Of a DNA stretch of 64,000 bases, positions 1 through 26,961 are shown in pieces. The notes beneath the pieces are model-generated. The model was not told the origin of the DNA, did no database searches, and worked only from the letters and a program-made list of their open reading frames with translations. Positions within the stretch are counted from its first letter, which is position 1. Each line of letters begins with the position of its first letter. Source of the stretch: Salpingoeca rosetta (Eukaryota > Protista > Choanoflagellata); assembly GCA_033442325.1 (NCBI GenBank), contig JAWQFM010000001.1, positions 2,502,973-2,566,972 on the forward strand, in the 5' to 3' direction. Both the position numbers and the translations under genes were made by a program.

Positions 1-1600
1 CAAGAAGGCGTAGGGCGGTGTTGCTGGCGAACGTGTGTGGGTCCAGCAGGGAGATGCCGTTGTATCCGAGATCGAGGTGCGTCAGGTTGAACAGCTCGTC
101 AAACATGCGCTCGTGCACAGACGACAGGCGGTTGTTGTGCAGGGTGAGGGTGCTGATGCGGCGGTTGTCGGCGAACATGTCGTCGTCGAGATCACGCACG
201 TGGTTGTTGTCCCAGTGCAAGGTGAGCAGGTTCGGCATGGCGGCGATGGTGTCGTGGTCAAGCTCCGACAGGCTGTTGCCGCTCATGTCCAGCGTGGTGA
301 CCGAGGGGCCGTGCACGAACACGTCTGTGTCGTCGTCCGCGCGCGTGGGCCGCACCTCTGTCAGCTCGCTGTGGCTGAGGTCGATGGTGTGCAGTGGTGG
401 CAGCGAGTTGAACATGGACAGGTGCAGGCTTGAGCTCTGCAGGCCGTGCACGCTGACTTTGGAGGCGTTGGGGAAGTGAAACGACAGGATCAGCTCAATG
501 TCGGCTGGAAGCATGCGCCCTGAGATTGTGACGTGCGACGGCTGCACAATGTCGATGATGCGCTCCTGTACAAACTGCCGTCGGCCGTCGTCCGGGTGCA
601 CGAGCGGCTCTGTGCCGCCCTCGATGTTGAAGATGAGCTCCGTGGTGAGCACGGTGAAGGTGCAGTCGAAGATGAAGTTGCGCGAGACATCGCACACCAC
701 GGGCCGGGAGAAGAAGGCGTCCTCTGTGGTGGAGCTGGTGGTTGTCGTTGTTGTTGTTGTTGCGGTTGTCGTGGTGGTCGTTGTCGTTGTGGCTTGAGTC
801 GCTGCACCTGCTGTTGTTGTGGTTGATGTGTCTGCGCGGCGTTGGCGAAACAGCTGACGCACATCCTTGCTGTTCAACTCGCCATCTGGTGTCGGCTGAA
901 TAAGGATGCTTGCTTCTTCCTGCTGCTGATGCTTCTGCTGCTTCTGCTGCTGCTGCTGTTGTTGTTGTTGTTGTCGTGTGGGAGGAAGGGTGTCAGCAGT
1001 GTTGGTGACTGTTCGCACACGAACAGCAGGGTGGGCAGAGGTGGCGGCTGTTGCCACGTTTGACTGTTGGCTGTGGTTGTAGTCATGGTCAGAGTTGTGG
1101 TGGTGGGTGCAAAACTGGTGCACGAAGCGCTCCAATACCACAAGGTGCGGTGGTGGGAGAGACGCGTGGCTGGTGTTGCCACTGATGTCGGCTGTTGACG
1201 TGGACGCGGACGCAGTTTCAGATGAGGTGTGGTGCCCGGTGGACGTGGCAGCCTCTCGTGCAGCCAGCAGCGCATCCTGTGCTTCTATGCAAGCCGCCGC
1301 GTGTGCCTTGCACCCCACATCAACCACATCTGAGGCCGCTGCTTGTGTCTCGGGCGCTCTGCCCACGAAAGGTGTCCTCTCACTGCACCAGCCGAGACCA
1401 GGGGAGCGCGCACTATCGGCTTCATGCCCTTTTCCACTCGTAAGGGTGGCAAGTGGGGCAGTGTTGCTCACAGCGGCAGTGCCTGTGCACGGTGTGCATT
1501 TTGCACCCAGCAACAAAACGCCGATCGTGAGCAGGGCGATGGTAGACCAATTCAGCTTCATCAGCAGCATTGTTGCCGCTGTCCCCTGAGCCTGAGCCAT
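1..1600 (-). CDS. Secreted or membrane leucine-rich repeat protein, 5' part (signal peptide, Q-rich pro-like region, Thr-rich stalk, LRRs); continues beyond the window start
   Basis: Uninterrupted minus-strand frame from ATG 1600 (MAQAQGTAATMLLMKLNWSTIALLTIGVLLLGAKC) to position 1. It is absent from the ORF track because no stop lies in the window. Extracellular-type LRRs: LHTIDLSHSEL, VTTLDMSGNSL, LLTLHWDNNHV, ISTLTLHNNRL, LTHLDLGYNGI. Confidence 0.85.
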   Translation of the reverse strand, partial: MAQAQGTAATMLLMKLNWSTIALLTIGVLLLGAKCTPCTGTAAVSNTAPLATLTSGKGHEADSARSPGLGWCSERTPFVGRAPETQAAASDVVDVGCKAHAAACIEAQDALLAAREAATSTGHHTSSETASASTSTADISGNTSHASLPPPHLVVLERFVHQFCTHHHNSDHDYNHSQQSNVATAATSAHPAVRVRTVTNTADTLPPTRQQQQQQQQQQKQQKHQQQEEASILIQPTPDGELNSKDVRQLFRQRRADTSTTTTAGAATQATTTTTTTTTATTTTTTTTSSTTEDAFFSRPVVCDVSRNFIFDCTFTVLTTELIFNIEGGTEPLVHPDDGRRQFVQERIIDIVQPSHVTISGRMLPADIELILSFHFPNASKVSVHGLQSSSLHLSMFNSLPPLHTIDLSHSELTEVRPTRADDDTDVFVHGPSVTTLDMSGNSLSELDHDTIAAMPNLLTLHWDNNHVRDLDDDMFADNRRISTLTLHNNRLSSVHERMFDELFNLTHLDLGYNGISLLDPHTFASNTALRLL

Positions 1601-2119
1601 GGCAGGCAGGCGATGGCTGCGATTGGGCTGACAAGCGAGGAAAGCGTGGGGCTGTGGGGAGAGAAACCCGTGGTCCAGGTGGTCGTTCAATGAGGCAGGG
1701 AAAGGGAAGGAGGGAGGAAGTGGAGGAAGATGACTGCAAGGTGGCAAGCGAGCGAGCGAGCGAGTTGAGGGCGCCGGCTAGGGGGCAGGAAAATTCATGA
1801 AAATATGGCTTAATTTTCTGCAGTGGCGTCCGTCAGCACGACTGCTTGTGTTTGGCGAGCACTCGCATCTGACATGGAACTCGTCCTGTGTGTGTGTGTG
1901 TGTGTGTTGTGGTTCTGTGGTGTGTTTGTTGTAGCTCTGTGGTGTGCTTGTTTGTTTGTGTTTATTCATCTTTGTAGCAGGCAGGCTAGGCTCCATGCAC
2001 TGCGGTGCACGACAGAGACCACATGCTTCTGCGCTCACGAAACGTAATGTAAGAACCAAATCCATCCGCACATGCACCAAACAAGCAAGGCACGCAAGCG
2101 AGTCAAGTCAGCGAGGCAG

Positions 2120-6681
<4,562 letters not shown>

Positions 6682-7580
6682 GGCGGAAGAGTGGCACCAA
6701 AGGGCGAAGCGTTGAAGGGGTGGAAACAAAAGCGAGAGCGTGTGGTGGAGTGGTGCGATGCACGCGTTCACAAGGGAGAGAGGGGAGATGAAGAAGAAAA
6801 GGGAGGAGGAGGAGGAGGAGGAGGAGGAGGAGGAGGAGGAGATAACTTGTCAATAGATGCGCTTAGCTTTGAACAACCTCGTTGCAAACAATTACAAGCC
6901 CAAGCACGAGAACCAGGGAACGAGAGAAGGAGGTGTGTTGTGCGTGCGTGTGTGTGTGCGTGTGCGAAAAGCGGTGGGAAATGCTTGCTGCGCCAACCAC
7001 ACCGAAACTGATGATGAGGGAGTGGAGAGAGCCTTAGCTGTCAGGTTGTAGACACGGGTGCCCGCCTCAACCAAGCTGGTGCAAAAGCGAAGAAGCTGGA
7101 TGGATGAACACGGATGAGGGTTCACAATGGGGACTTGTTGGTGTGCTAGTGTATTGTTGTTGTAGCTGGTGACTGCTCTGACTGTTGTCTTGATTGTTTG
7201 ACAAAGCAAGCAAGCCTTCCTTCTGCAAATGACTGCTGCGAGCCCTTCGTCAAAGAACCAAGAGGGTGACGCGAGTGAGCTGCTTGCTGTTACTGGACAC
7301 AAGCAAGTCACAAGACACACAAACACACAAGACACACAAAACACACAAGACACAAGACACACGGCAAGGCGATAGGACAAGAGAAGAGAAGAGAAGAGAA
7401 GAAGAGAAGGAGAGGGGTGAGGAGAGGATGATGGTCGCTTGCCTCCTGAGAACCACAGACCACGCCACACGCCACACAGCAATCAGAGCGAACGTTTCCA
7501 GCCAGCAGGCGTTTGTGTGTAGTCGGGGGATGACGAATATTGCGGAAGATTTTCACAGGTAATCCGTAACCCACAAGAGA

Positions 7581-7976
7581 ATGAGCGACGCAAAGAGGAA
7601 GGAAGCGGCAGCGGCGGTGGCGGAGAGCACTGCTGGCGGGGACGACGGCGGGGAGAATGCGGCCAAACGCAGCAAGCTCATGGAAGAGTCGGCGTCACAG
7701 GCCCCTTCCCCTATATCAGATGCAGCGCCATCGCCGCAAGCTGCGTCGCCATCATCCTTGACAGCATCGTCCACAACACAACTGGCATCAGCCCAGGATG
7801 AACGCGCCAGCGATTCTGAGCCCTTGTACAGATTCAGATATGCAGTTGTCTGCAGCAGCAATCAAAATCGCAGCATGGAAGCACATCTCTTTCTCAAGTG
7901 CGTCTTGTGTGTGTGCCTGTGCGTCTGTGTGTGTGTGTGTTGTTGTGTGTGTGTGTGTGCTTTTGCTGTTGTCTTC

Positions 7977-8011
<35 letters not shown>

Positions 8012-8733
8012 TGTGACCTCGTTGCGTACAGTTGTTTTGTGCAGTGCAGCTTACACTTTCCTCCAACCTCCAACCCCCCCCCTCGTTTGCTCGTGCATGC
8101 TGCAGGCAGCGAGGATTTAACGTGGAGTCATATGGCACGGGGAGCTGTGTGAAGATTCCTGGCCCCTCGATTGACCGCCCAAACGTCTTTGAGTTTGATT
8201 CTATCTCCTACGATGAGATGTACAAACAACTGGAGGCCCAAAACAAAGCCCTGTAAGTCGTCACCCTTGGAAGCTCAGAACAGTTGGTTGTCGATCTCTG
8301 TGTGTGTGTGTCTGTGTGTGTGTCTGTGTGTGTGTGTGTGTGTGTCTGTGTGTGTGTCTGTGTCTGTGCCTGTGTGTGTGTGTCTGTCTGTCTGTGTATG
8401 TGTGTGTCTGTCTGAATGTATGTGTGTTTATGATTGCGTCCAAGGTTTGAGCGGGACTTCTTTGGCGCGTGCATGAACACCGTCAGAGTTATGTTGCTAT
8501 CTGCTAACTGGGTGTTGTTGACACCGCAACACACTACTGCTGCAACCAACTTCACCGTGCACTCACCAGCCTCTCATCATTTGTGTGATCAGGTACCAGC
8601 AAACGGGGATGTTGGCCATGCTTGACCGTAACCGCAAGATCAAGCGCAACCCAGAAAAGTTCCAGCGGGCAACAGACAAGCGCTTTGATATCATCTTAAC
8701 CTGCGAGACGCGCATCTTCGATGAAGTCGTCAG

Positions 8734-8817
<84 letters not shown>

Positions 8818-9385
8818 GTGCGCGTGTGTGTGTGTGTGTGTGTGTGCGTGTGTGCGCGTGTGTGTGTGTGTTGTCTGTCTGTGTGTGTCTGTGTCCATGT
8901 TGCAGCACCGCTGCTCACTCAATCCTCCTCCTTGCCGCTTGGTTGTGTCATTGCCTCCACTGACGCCACTGGATACTGCAGACTTGCAACAACGGGACAA
9001 CACGACGGGCGAGCTTGTTCACATCTGTAACTTGGACATCAAGGACACACACGAGTGCGCCACGCAGGGCGCCCTCAACTTTGTACACCTCGCACAACTG
9101 GTGAGACAAACGCTGTGTACATGTGTGTGTGGGGAGGGGGGGTGAGTGGGTGTGTCTGTGTGTGCCTGTATCTGTGTGTGCCTGTGTGCCTGTGTGCATA
9201 TGTGTTCGTGTGCAAGTGTGTGCAACACCCTATATCCCACTCAACTCACCTCATCACCTCCTCACTCCCCCCACCCCCGCCAGATGGAGGCGACGGACGA
9301 TCTGGACGAGGAGGTGGAGGCGGTCATTGCGCGGTTTGAGGACGACACAGGGGAGGAGCTCATGCACAGCGTTGCTTTCTATTAA
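7581..9385 (+). CDS. SSU72: RNA polymerase II CTD phosphatase SSU72, 5 exons
   Basis: Catalytic loop [14 protein letters not shown]; [20 protein letters not shown]; [16 protein letters not shown]; [15 protein letters not shown]; ends [11 protein letters not shown] at 9385. Confidence 0.95.
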
Positions 9386-9468
9386 ATGACATGACATCCA
9401 ATCCTGTTGTGTGTGGGTGTGTGGGTGTGTGGGTGTGGGTGTGGGTGTGGGTGTGTGTGTGTGTGTGT

Positions 9469-9515
<47 letters not shown>

Positions 9516-9527
9516 ACGAGTGGCGAG

Positions 9528-9540
9528 GTTGCAATGCAAG
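9528..9540 (+). promoter_or_regulatory. Candidate RFX X-box upstream of RSG1
   Basis: GTTGCAATGCAAG, near-palindromic and similar to GTTGCCATGGCAAC, about 85 nt before the ATG. Confidence 0.35.
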
Positions 9541-9623
9541 TGCCATCAACGAACCACTTCCACCATCCAACACAAACAACAAAGCTGCTTTTCTTGTTGT
9601 TGTTGAACAAAGAGCCAACGGTG

Positions 9624-9800
9624 ATGAGCGAAGTGTTGAGAGTGGTGGATCGTGAATGGCACCAGAGCCAGGAGGCGAGCCGGCTCTTGGCCTCAATCGA
9701 GCAGCAGGTGCAAGGCGGAGGTGAGCATGAAGACCAGGATGAACTCACCCCCTGTATGCTCTTGTTGCCTTGCACGTCTTCCTTGCCGCCGACACTCAAG

Positions 9801-9851
<51 letters not shown>

Positions 9852-10127
9852 TGTGTGTCTGTGTGTCTGTGTGTCTGTGTGTCTGTGTGTCTGTGTGTCT
9901 GTGTGTCTGTGTGTCTGTGTGTCTGTGTGTCTCTCTGTCTCTCTGTCTCTCTGTCTGTGTGTGTGTGTGTTGGTGCTAGGTTTGCTGCTGGAAGGCAACT
10001 TTCCCCAGTTCGACTTGTTTGGAGTCAAGGTGCTGCTCCAAGGCGGTAGCAGCAGTGGCAAGAGCACGCTGTTCAACATCCTCGCTGCTCCAGGTGTGCC
10101 CAGATCACCGCTTGTGCGTTGTTAAGC

Positions 10128-10215
<88 letters not shown>

Positions 10216-10662
10216 GGTGGTGATGGACCTGATGGACATCATGCACGAATCATGACAAGGACGGGGTTGCTCGTGGCAGTGTTACGTGCAGTGTCTCAGA
10301 CTTCCAGTCCGCGCACTGATCTACATGTGCGTGCGAACTTGGTGTTGTTGCATGCATAGATACGGAGCGTAGCGTGGCGGCAGCAGAGACCAAGGGGATG
10401 CAGATGGCACGCATCACGTGGGCAGCAAAGGTGCGCGAATCATCGCGATGGCGAGTGTGCAATGAGGAGAGACGCGAGCAAGGCATTGCATGCTCGTGTG
10501 TACGCACAGCTCCCTTCGTTCCTGCCATGGTTCTCACTCGCAGCCTCCCCTGCGTGGCCATGTGTGCGAGCAGCTGACGAACACGGGAGACGTTGCGCTC
10601 TTTTCCATTGGCGTTTGGGACGCTGGTCACCGAACATGGCACGAGTCAGTGCTGCTGTTGCC

Positions 10663-10702
<40 letters not shown>

Positions 10703-11061
10703 TCTGTGTGTCTGTGCATGTGCGCGTGTGTCTGTCTGTGTGTGCGTCCGTGTGTGTGCGTATGTGTGTCTGTGTGTCTGTGCATGTGCGCGTGTGTCTG
10801 TCTGTGTGTGCGTGCGTGTGTGTGCGTCCGTGTGAGCGGAACATGCACTCTCCTCCCGCTACCATCATGTCGCATGTTCATACGTCAGCGCGCTCGCTCC
10901 TTTCAGGTACGACCACATCAAGGAGGAATGCGAACGCGACACGGCGGTGCGTGCCATTGTTTTCAGCCTGAAGGACAAGGCATCTTGGGCGACTGCAAAG
11001 CAGATGGCCGACGCCCTTCCTGCAGACGCGCGATTCTTCTTCGTCGGCACAAGGTGCGTGA

Positions 11062-11124
<63 letters not shown>

Positions 11125-11395
11125 TTCTGTCTGTCTGTGTGTCTGTCTGTCTGTCTGTCTGCCCTCATACATCTCTCAGTATCCCTCTAGATACGTCTCG
11201 GCGTCTCTGTGACTGACCATCGCCCACCTCCCGCCAACACCTTTGCTGCTGTGCATCTGCTCCCCAATGTCCACTGCAGTTACGATCTGGCCCCGGAGCA
11301 CCTGGAAGTAGCTGTTGACGAAGTACAGCAGTGGAGCGATGCCATGGGTGTGGCATTCTGTCTCACTCCTGCAGGACAGGTGCGTGTGTGTTGTG

Positions 11396-11467
<72 letters not shown>

Positions 11468-11740
11468 GTGTGCGTGTGTGTGCGTGCGTGCACGCACTTA
11501 TGTGTTACCAGTGTGGTGCACATGTTCGGTGTCAGCATCTTCCCCCTTCCCTCTTCCATCCATCTCTGGCCCCTTTTGTGGCACTTTCGTCTCACCCATT
11601 CAGACACGCACACACGCACACACTCTCTCTGTCATTTTGTTCCCCGCATTGCTGCTCGCCCTTCACAGAGATCAGAACACATCAGAATACGCCGGCGCTT
11701 CCTCAACCTCGTCTGCGATACGGCACTCCGCTCAGAATAA
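9624..11740 (+). CDS. CPLANE2: REM2/Rab-like small GTPase RSG1 (CPLANE2) homolog, multi-exon
   Basis: Spliced product [25 protein letters not shown]...GLLLEG...[16 protein letters not shown]...[15 protein letters not shown]...FSIGVWDAG...EYDHIKEEC...[11 protein letters not shown]...FVGTSYD...[13 protein letters not shown]-stop. It parallels RSG1 (VVPNWHESAEGKEYLACI, HETTGIQTTVVFWPAK, FEFWDCG) as recalled. All junctions are GT-AG. Confidence 0.8.
10128..10222. repeat. (GAT)n followed by (GGT)n trinucleotide tract in an RSG1 intron
   Basis: Directly visible. Confidence 0.95.
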
Positions 11741-11745
11741 CTCCA

Positions 11746-11805
<60 letters not shown>

Positions 11806-12420
11806 CGAGTGCACACGTTACACATTTGCCTCCTTTACACTGTGAACCCACGGTCACACGACTGCGTTGCGTCGTCCTTGTTGTGCCACGACATGTGATG
11901 TGACCTCCCTATTGCGCTGTTACCCTGACAGAGCAAGCAAGCGATTGCCTGCTCACATGTTGCGTTGTTGTCGACACTATGTGTGCAGCCGGTCTGCCAC
12001 GATCCCGCCCATGCATGTGTGTCTGTCTGTCTGTCTATCTGTGCGTGTCTGTGTCTGTGCCTGTGAGTTTACGTGTTGTCTCTGGGCCTCTTCTTACTCA
12101 CCTGGTTGCTCATCGCGGTGTTTCACTGTTGTTGCTTTGTGATAACTCGTGCTTGTGAAGGTTGGTTTATGGTTCACACAACACGCCAAGCAAGCAATGA
12201 AACCGAAGGCGAGCAAACAAGCGTGCAGTGGTGGGACAGACAAAGACGAGAACGAGCACACGGAGCACAGGACACGGTGAACTGCGGACAGGCGAGCAAC
12301 ACGCACAAGCACAGACATACACCGCTGGGGCAAGAGACAAAACACAGATGGGGAAAATGTAAGATCACGACCGTTTTCCACACAAAGCGCACAAACACAC
12401 ACACACACACACACACACAG

Positions 12421-12510
<90 letters not shown>

Positions 12511-12864
12511 GGCACACACACACACAGGCACACACATAGACGACAAGGCTATGTCTTCCACGCAATGAGAAGAAACAAGATCAGAAGAAACGAGCGTCGT
12601 GGTGTTGGGGGGGGTGGCCGTGAGACGAATGAAGGGGCAACGCAATGGTGAAATGAGGACAAGGAGGAGGCGGCAAGGCCCACGCAAAGAAGAGGAAAGC
12701 AAATGACGCACAGTCACATGTGGACTGAAAGAGAACGCAGAAGAGAAGGAGAGAAAGGCAGCGGAGGGGAGCGATGAACAAGATGTCATGAACGGGCTGT
12801 GAAGGCGGGGACAACTGAGAAGCAAGAGAACGTGGAACAAGGAGAACAGGCAACAGGTGCTGGC

Positions 12865-18244
<5,380 letters not shown>

Positions 18245-18707
18245 GGTCGATGGTTGACTCGTGTGTGGATGCGTGCGTGTGTGTGGATGTGGGTGTGGAT
18301 GTGGATGTGGATAAATGTTTTTGGGAGTGGCGGCAGCACCGCAAGCAAGCGCTGTGTATGTGTGTGTGTGCGTTTGCGTTGTTGGGAACGTTGGATCTTC
18401 CAGTGTACCCGCAGTCAACAGGAGCAAAGGTGTCCGTTGCAGGTTGGAGGAAGGTGTTGGTGTCCACACTCACTCACGCCCACACACACGTCCCGTTCAA
18501 TGCTGGAAGCTGCAGAGTCAGCGAGCAAGTGAGGCGGCGGCAGCAGCGGCAAAGCACACAGTCTCCTTGTTTTGTTTGTGCTGTTTGTTTCGTTGCTCTC
18601 GTTCTCTTTTGGAAGGGCTGAGCTGTTGTGGGGGTGCGCATTTATTGGGTTCGTCCATTACAATATACGTTTCGCACATAAATCTTTGGCGGTGGATAGC
18701 AGTGTTT

Positions 18708-23182
<4,475 letters not shown>

Positions 23183-23464
23183 CGCTGGCTGGCTTGCGCC
23201 TTGTTTGCTGGAATGCAATGGCAGAAGGTCAGGGGCGTGGCAGTGCCATCTCTGCTCCGCATACCGTTACTTCCGCATTCTTCTCTCGCTTCTTGTTCAT
23301 CTTCGTGCCAGGAGGGCATACACACTAGGGCATTCCTGAAAATTGCACCATATCTTCAGCAAATCGCCAACACTGCTCTGTTTGTGTTTGCTGACGGAGC
23401 TCGCCTTGTTCTGTTTTGTGTTTGTGTGTTTGTGTGTGGTGTTGCTTTGCTTGGTTGGAGCAGC

Positions 23465-23642
23465 ATGCGGGTGTTGTGGTGCTGGGGCGGTGGTTCCAGT
23501 GGTCCTTCTTCCACTGATGAGTATCAACTCCTCTTTGCGAGGTGAGATTGTGTTCTTATGTCTGTGTGTATGTCTGTGTGTATGTGTTTGTGTGCGTGTG
23601 CTGTGAGTGTATGTGTGTGTATGTGTGTATGTCTGTATGTGC

Positions 23643-23681
<39 letters not shown>

Positions 23682-25781
23682 GCCTGCTTGTCGATCTCTC
23701 TATCGTTCTTCTTCCTGTGTTGAAGTTATTGTGCGATAAACACAGTGATGCTGTCCTCATCGCACCCCCTTTGCCTGTCGCACACCCCTCCTCACTTTAC
23801 CAACAGGCGATGGCCAGCTGTGGAGCGACGTGCACGAGTCGTGCATGGCAAACACTACACAGCGCCACCGGATGCAGACACTGTGCTCTCCACGTTTACG
23901 TCGGCTTCATGCACGAGCGGCTCAGAGCACGTGACAAACGTGGATGAGCTGGACAGCGCAGATCCAGCACAGATTGAGCTGCTCCAGCTGACAGAGCCGC
24001 CCCTGTTTGTCGTTGATGGCTGCTGGCCTCTCGTCGTCTTGCAACGCGACAACTATGTTGCCGGCTGCCTGCCATTTGTCGAAACACCGCCCACACCAAC
24101 CGACAAGTCGACAGCCCTCTTGCAATCGTAAGCCATGCGCGAATGTGTGTGTGTGTGTGTGTGTGCGTCGTATCGTTGGTGGAAGCACACGCGCCAGAGA
24201 CATGTACACACGATGCGCACGCCTATACACATCTGTACACATCTGCACACATCTGCACACACACACACACAACCCCCAAATAACTGATGAACCACCCACC
24301 CTATGTTTAGACCGGATGTGTCATCGAGCCTTTCATTTCTGGAAGAGCTGCTCACGTTGCTATCTCGCTTGGAGGGCCAGTCTGTAAGTTTCTGGTCGCT
24401 CGTCTGCTGTGACTGAACCACCGCACAACGCAGACACGGCGATGTGTCTTCGATGCGCACATGCTCGTTCACCGTGTGTGTGTGTGCACCATGCGTTGTC
24501 ATATTCGATTGGCTTGCCAGGCGGCTGTTGTGCAGAGCGAGTTGAGCATGTTCAGCTCCTTGGCGTGCCCAACCGGCGTGTATGATGGCCTCTCATATCC
24601 ACACGTCACCACCCTCCTGACAAAAGGCACTGACACATCGCCTGTGGTGGTGCGTTTCGCTTCTTGTTGCTCGCTCTTATCCGGCCGCTTATTTGTTTGC
24701 TGGTTGGTTGGTTGGTTGGTTGGTTGGTTGTAGGCTTGCTTGTGTGCGCGTATGGCAACACGCTTTTGCTTGTGGCATGTGATCTCACCCACATGTGTAT
24801 GCGCGTGCATGCTTGAAGATGCCTGCCTGGCGAGTTGGTTCACACGCGGAGGCGCGACCGAGTCTGGAGTTCTTCATCACAGAGACTGTCACCGCATCAC
24901 AACAGCACCCTGTGGTTGGTGGCGTCATCACGCGTGTATGACGCATTCAAGCGCGAGTGTGTATGTGTTTGTATGTGTTTGTAGGTGTGCAGATGTGTGA
25001 GGACACGTATTAAGACACGTGTGAGGAAACGGTGGATTCACAAACACATACGCACACACGCATACGCACACGCACACACACACACACATTGCATGTCCGT
25101 TCCCTCATGATGTTATGTGTGTATTGTGTGTGCGTTCAGGACTACTATGAGTCCATGGTTGTGAGTGGCGTGGTGTCGTGCCGAGCAGCGCTTGCAGGCA
25201 AACCAGAAATCACGGCCACCATTTCATCTGGGACCGACCTCACCCGGTGTCACGTGCATCACTGCGTCCAGGTCAGTGTGTGTGTGTGTGTGTTTTTATT
25301 TGTGCGGCGTGTGTGTGTCGTGTCGTGTGTTTGAGGGCAGGTGCATGTGCTCATGCTTGCTGCTTAGCTGCTCCTGAACCCCTGAACTCCTGTCTCGTCC
25401 AATCTTGTCAACAAACACAACATACTTTCATATGCTCGACTGCGCGCACACAACAGCAAAGCCGGTCTGGTGGCAACAGCACGCAGCGCACCGTGACATT
25501 CATCCCACCCATCGAACGCTTTGATCTCTTGCAATACAAGGTGCGCGCGTGTGATGTATTCATGTGTTCATGTACATGTGTGTACATGTGCATGTGTACG
25601 CGTGTGTATGTGTGTGTACGTGTTTGCTCGATGCTTGAGGGAGGTTCTGTAACGCGAGTCCCAATGTGTCCAGCATTTTCTCTCAAGTTCTGTAACGGCT
25701 TATCAATGACTGTCATCCCAGGTGACGCTCGCTGCTGAGCCGCTGCAGCCGCCGCTGCTTGGATCATACGAGATGACATCG

Positions 25782-25834
<53 letters not shown>

Positions 25835-26726
25835 TGTGTGTACACGGTTGCTGCTGTGCTCAGCTTTGTCGTTTTCAGGCTCAACACTTGTGTGCGTTCT
25901 ATGCATGTGCCGTTGGCAGCGAGGCGACCAATCCCGAGTGTCTTTCACGTTGACGTTGCGACGAAGTGACCGAGTGAGAGCACACACACACACATATACA
26001 CACACACACTCGCACACATGCACATCACACACACACACATACACACCCACTCGCACACATACACATCACACTCACATATACACACACTCGCACACACACA
26101 TACACACACACACTCGCACACATGCACATCACACACACACTCGCACACACGCATGTACACGTACAAAATACACAAATACATACCACCCCCCGCGCGACTC
26201 AACCTGCATCACCATCTTCTACCCCACCCCCACCCGCCTGTCCCTCTTTGAACGAATGCAGTACACGGGCCCACCGCTGGAATCGGTCGAGGTTGTGCTG
26301 CCTTTCTTCAATCGCGGGTGCGTCTCTGGACAGTCCCTGCGGCCAACAGCCGGCACGGCGAGCGCAATGCGTGGCTCGCACGTGGTGGTGTGGCGGCTGG
26401 ACAAGCACTTCTCTGGGAAGCAGGTTGCAGCGAGCTTGCAGGGGGAGCTGAGATTTGACGTGACAGCCAGACACCAAGGCATGGACGACCCGTTTTGCAC
26501 AAATGTGACGTCGTATGCTGATGTGCGGTGGGTGGCGCAGGGGAAGACGCTGTCCAACACGTTTGTCAACACAGACACGGTGCGGATACAGCCGCCGCTT
26601 GCGCGGGGCAAGGTGAAGGCGGTGGTGACGTCGACACTCAAGTCGGGCGATTATCGCATCTGGAACGTTCACGGCAGCAGTCGCCAGTGCATCCCACCGT
26701 CCCCGGACCGAGAGCAGAACCCGTGA
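23465..26726 (+). CDS. AP5M1: AP-5 adaptor complex subunit mu (MUDENG), multi-exon
   Basis: MRVLWCW...LLFAR|RWPAVERRARV, CWPLVVL..GCLPFVE, ACPTG, FIPPIERFDLLQY, LPFFNRG, DPFCTNVTSYA, LKSGDYRIWN. These match AP5M1 landmarks (FSRRYPTVEKRAR, WPVV, ACPFG, FTPPLESFNL, IPFYNRG, SSDYYIWN) as recalled. Confidence 0.88.
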
Positions 26727-26881
26727 ACAGCCGTGGTCTGGGTGGGTGGTGTCTATGGGCCGTAGATAGTGGTGCTGTGGTTGTAGGTAGTGGTGGTGCT
26801 GGGATTGTGCTTGGTTGTGGCGAATGTATGCGTCCACATGCCTGTGGCACAATGAGGCAGGGCTTGTTTGCGACTGTTCTG

Positions 26882-26961
<80 letters not shown>

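Noticed and set aside
7050-7560. Possible uORF or small gene between PRP4K and SSU72
   Set aside because: No in-frame ATG for the candidate spliced frame; more likely a promoter or 5' UTR.
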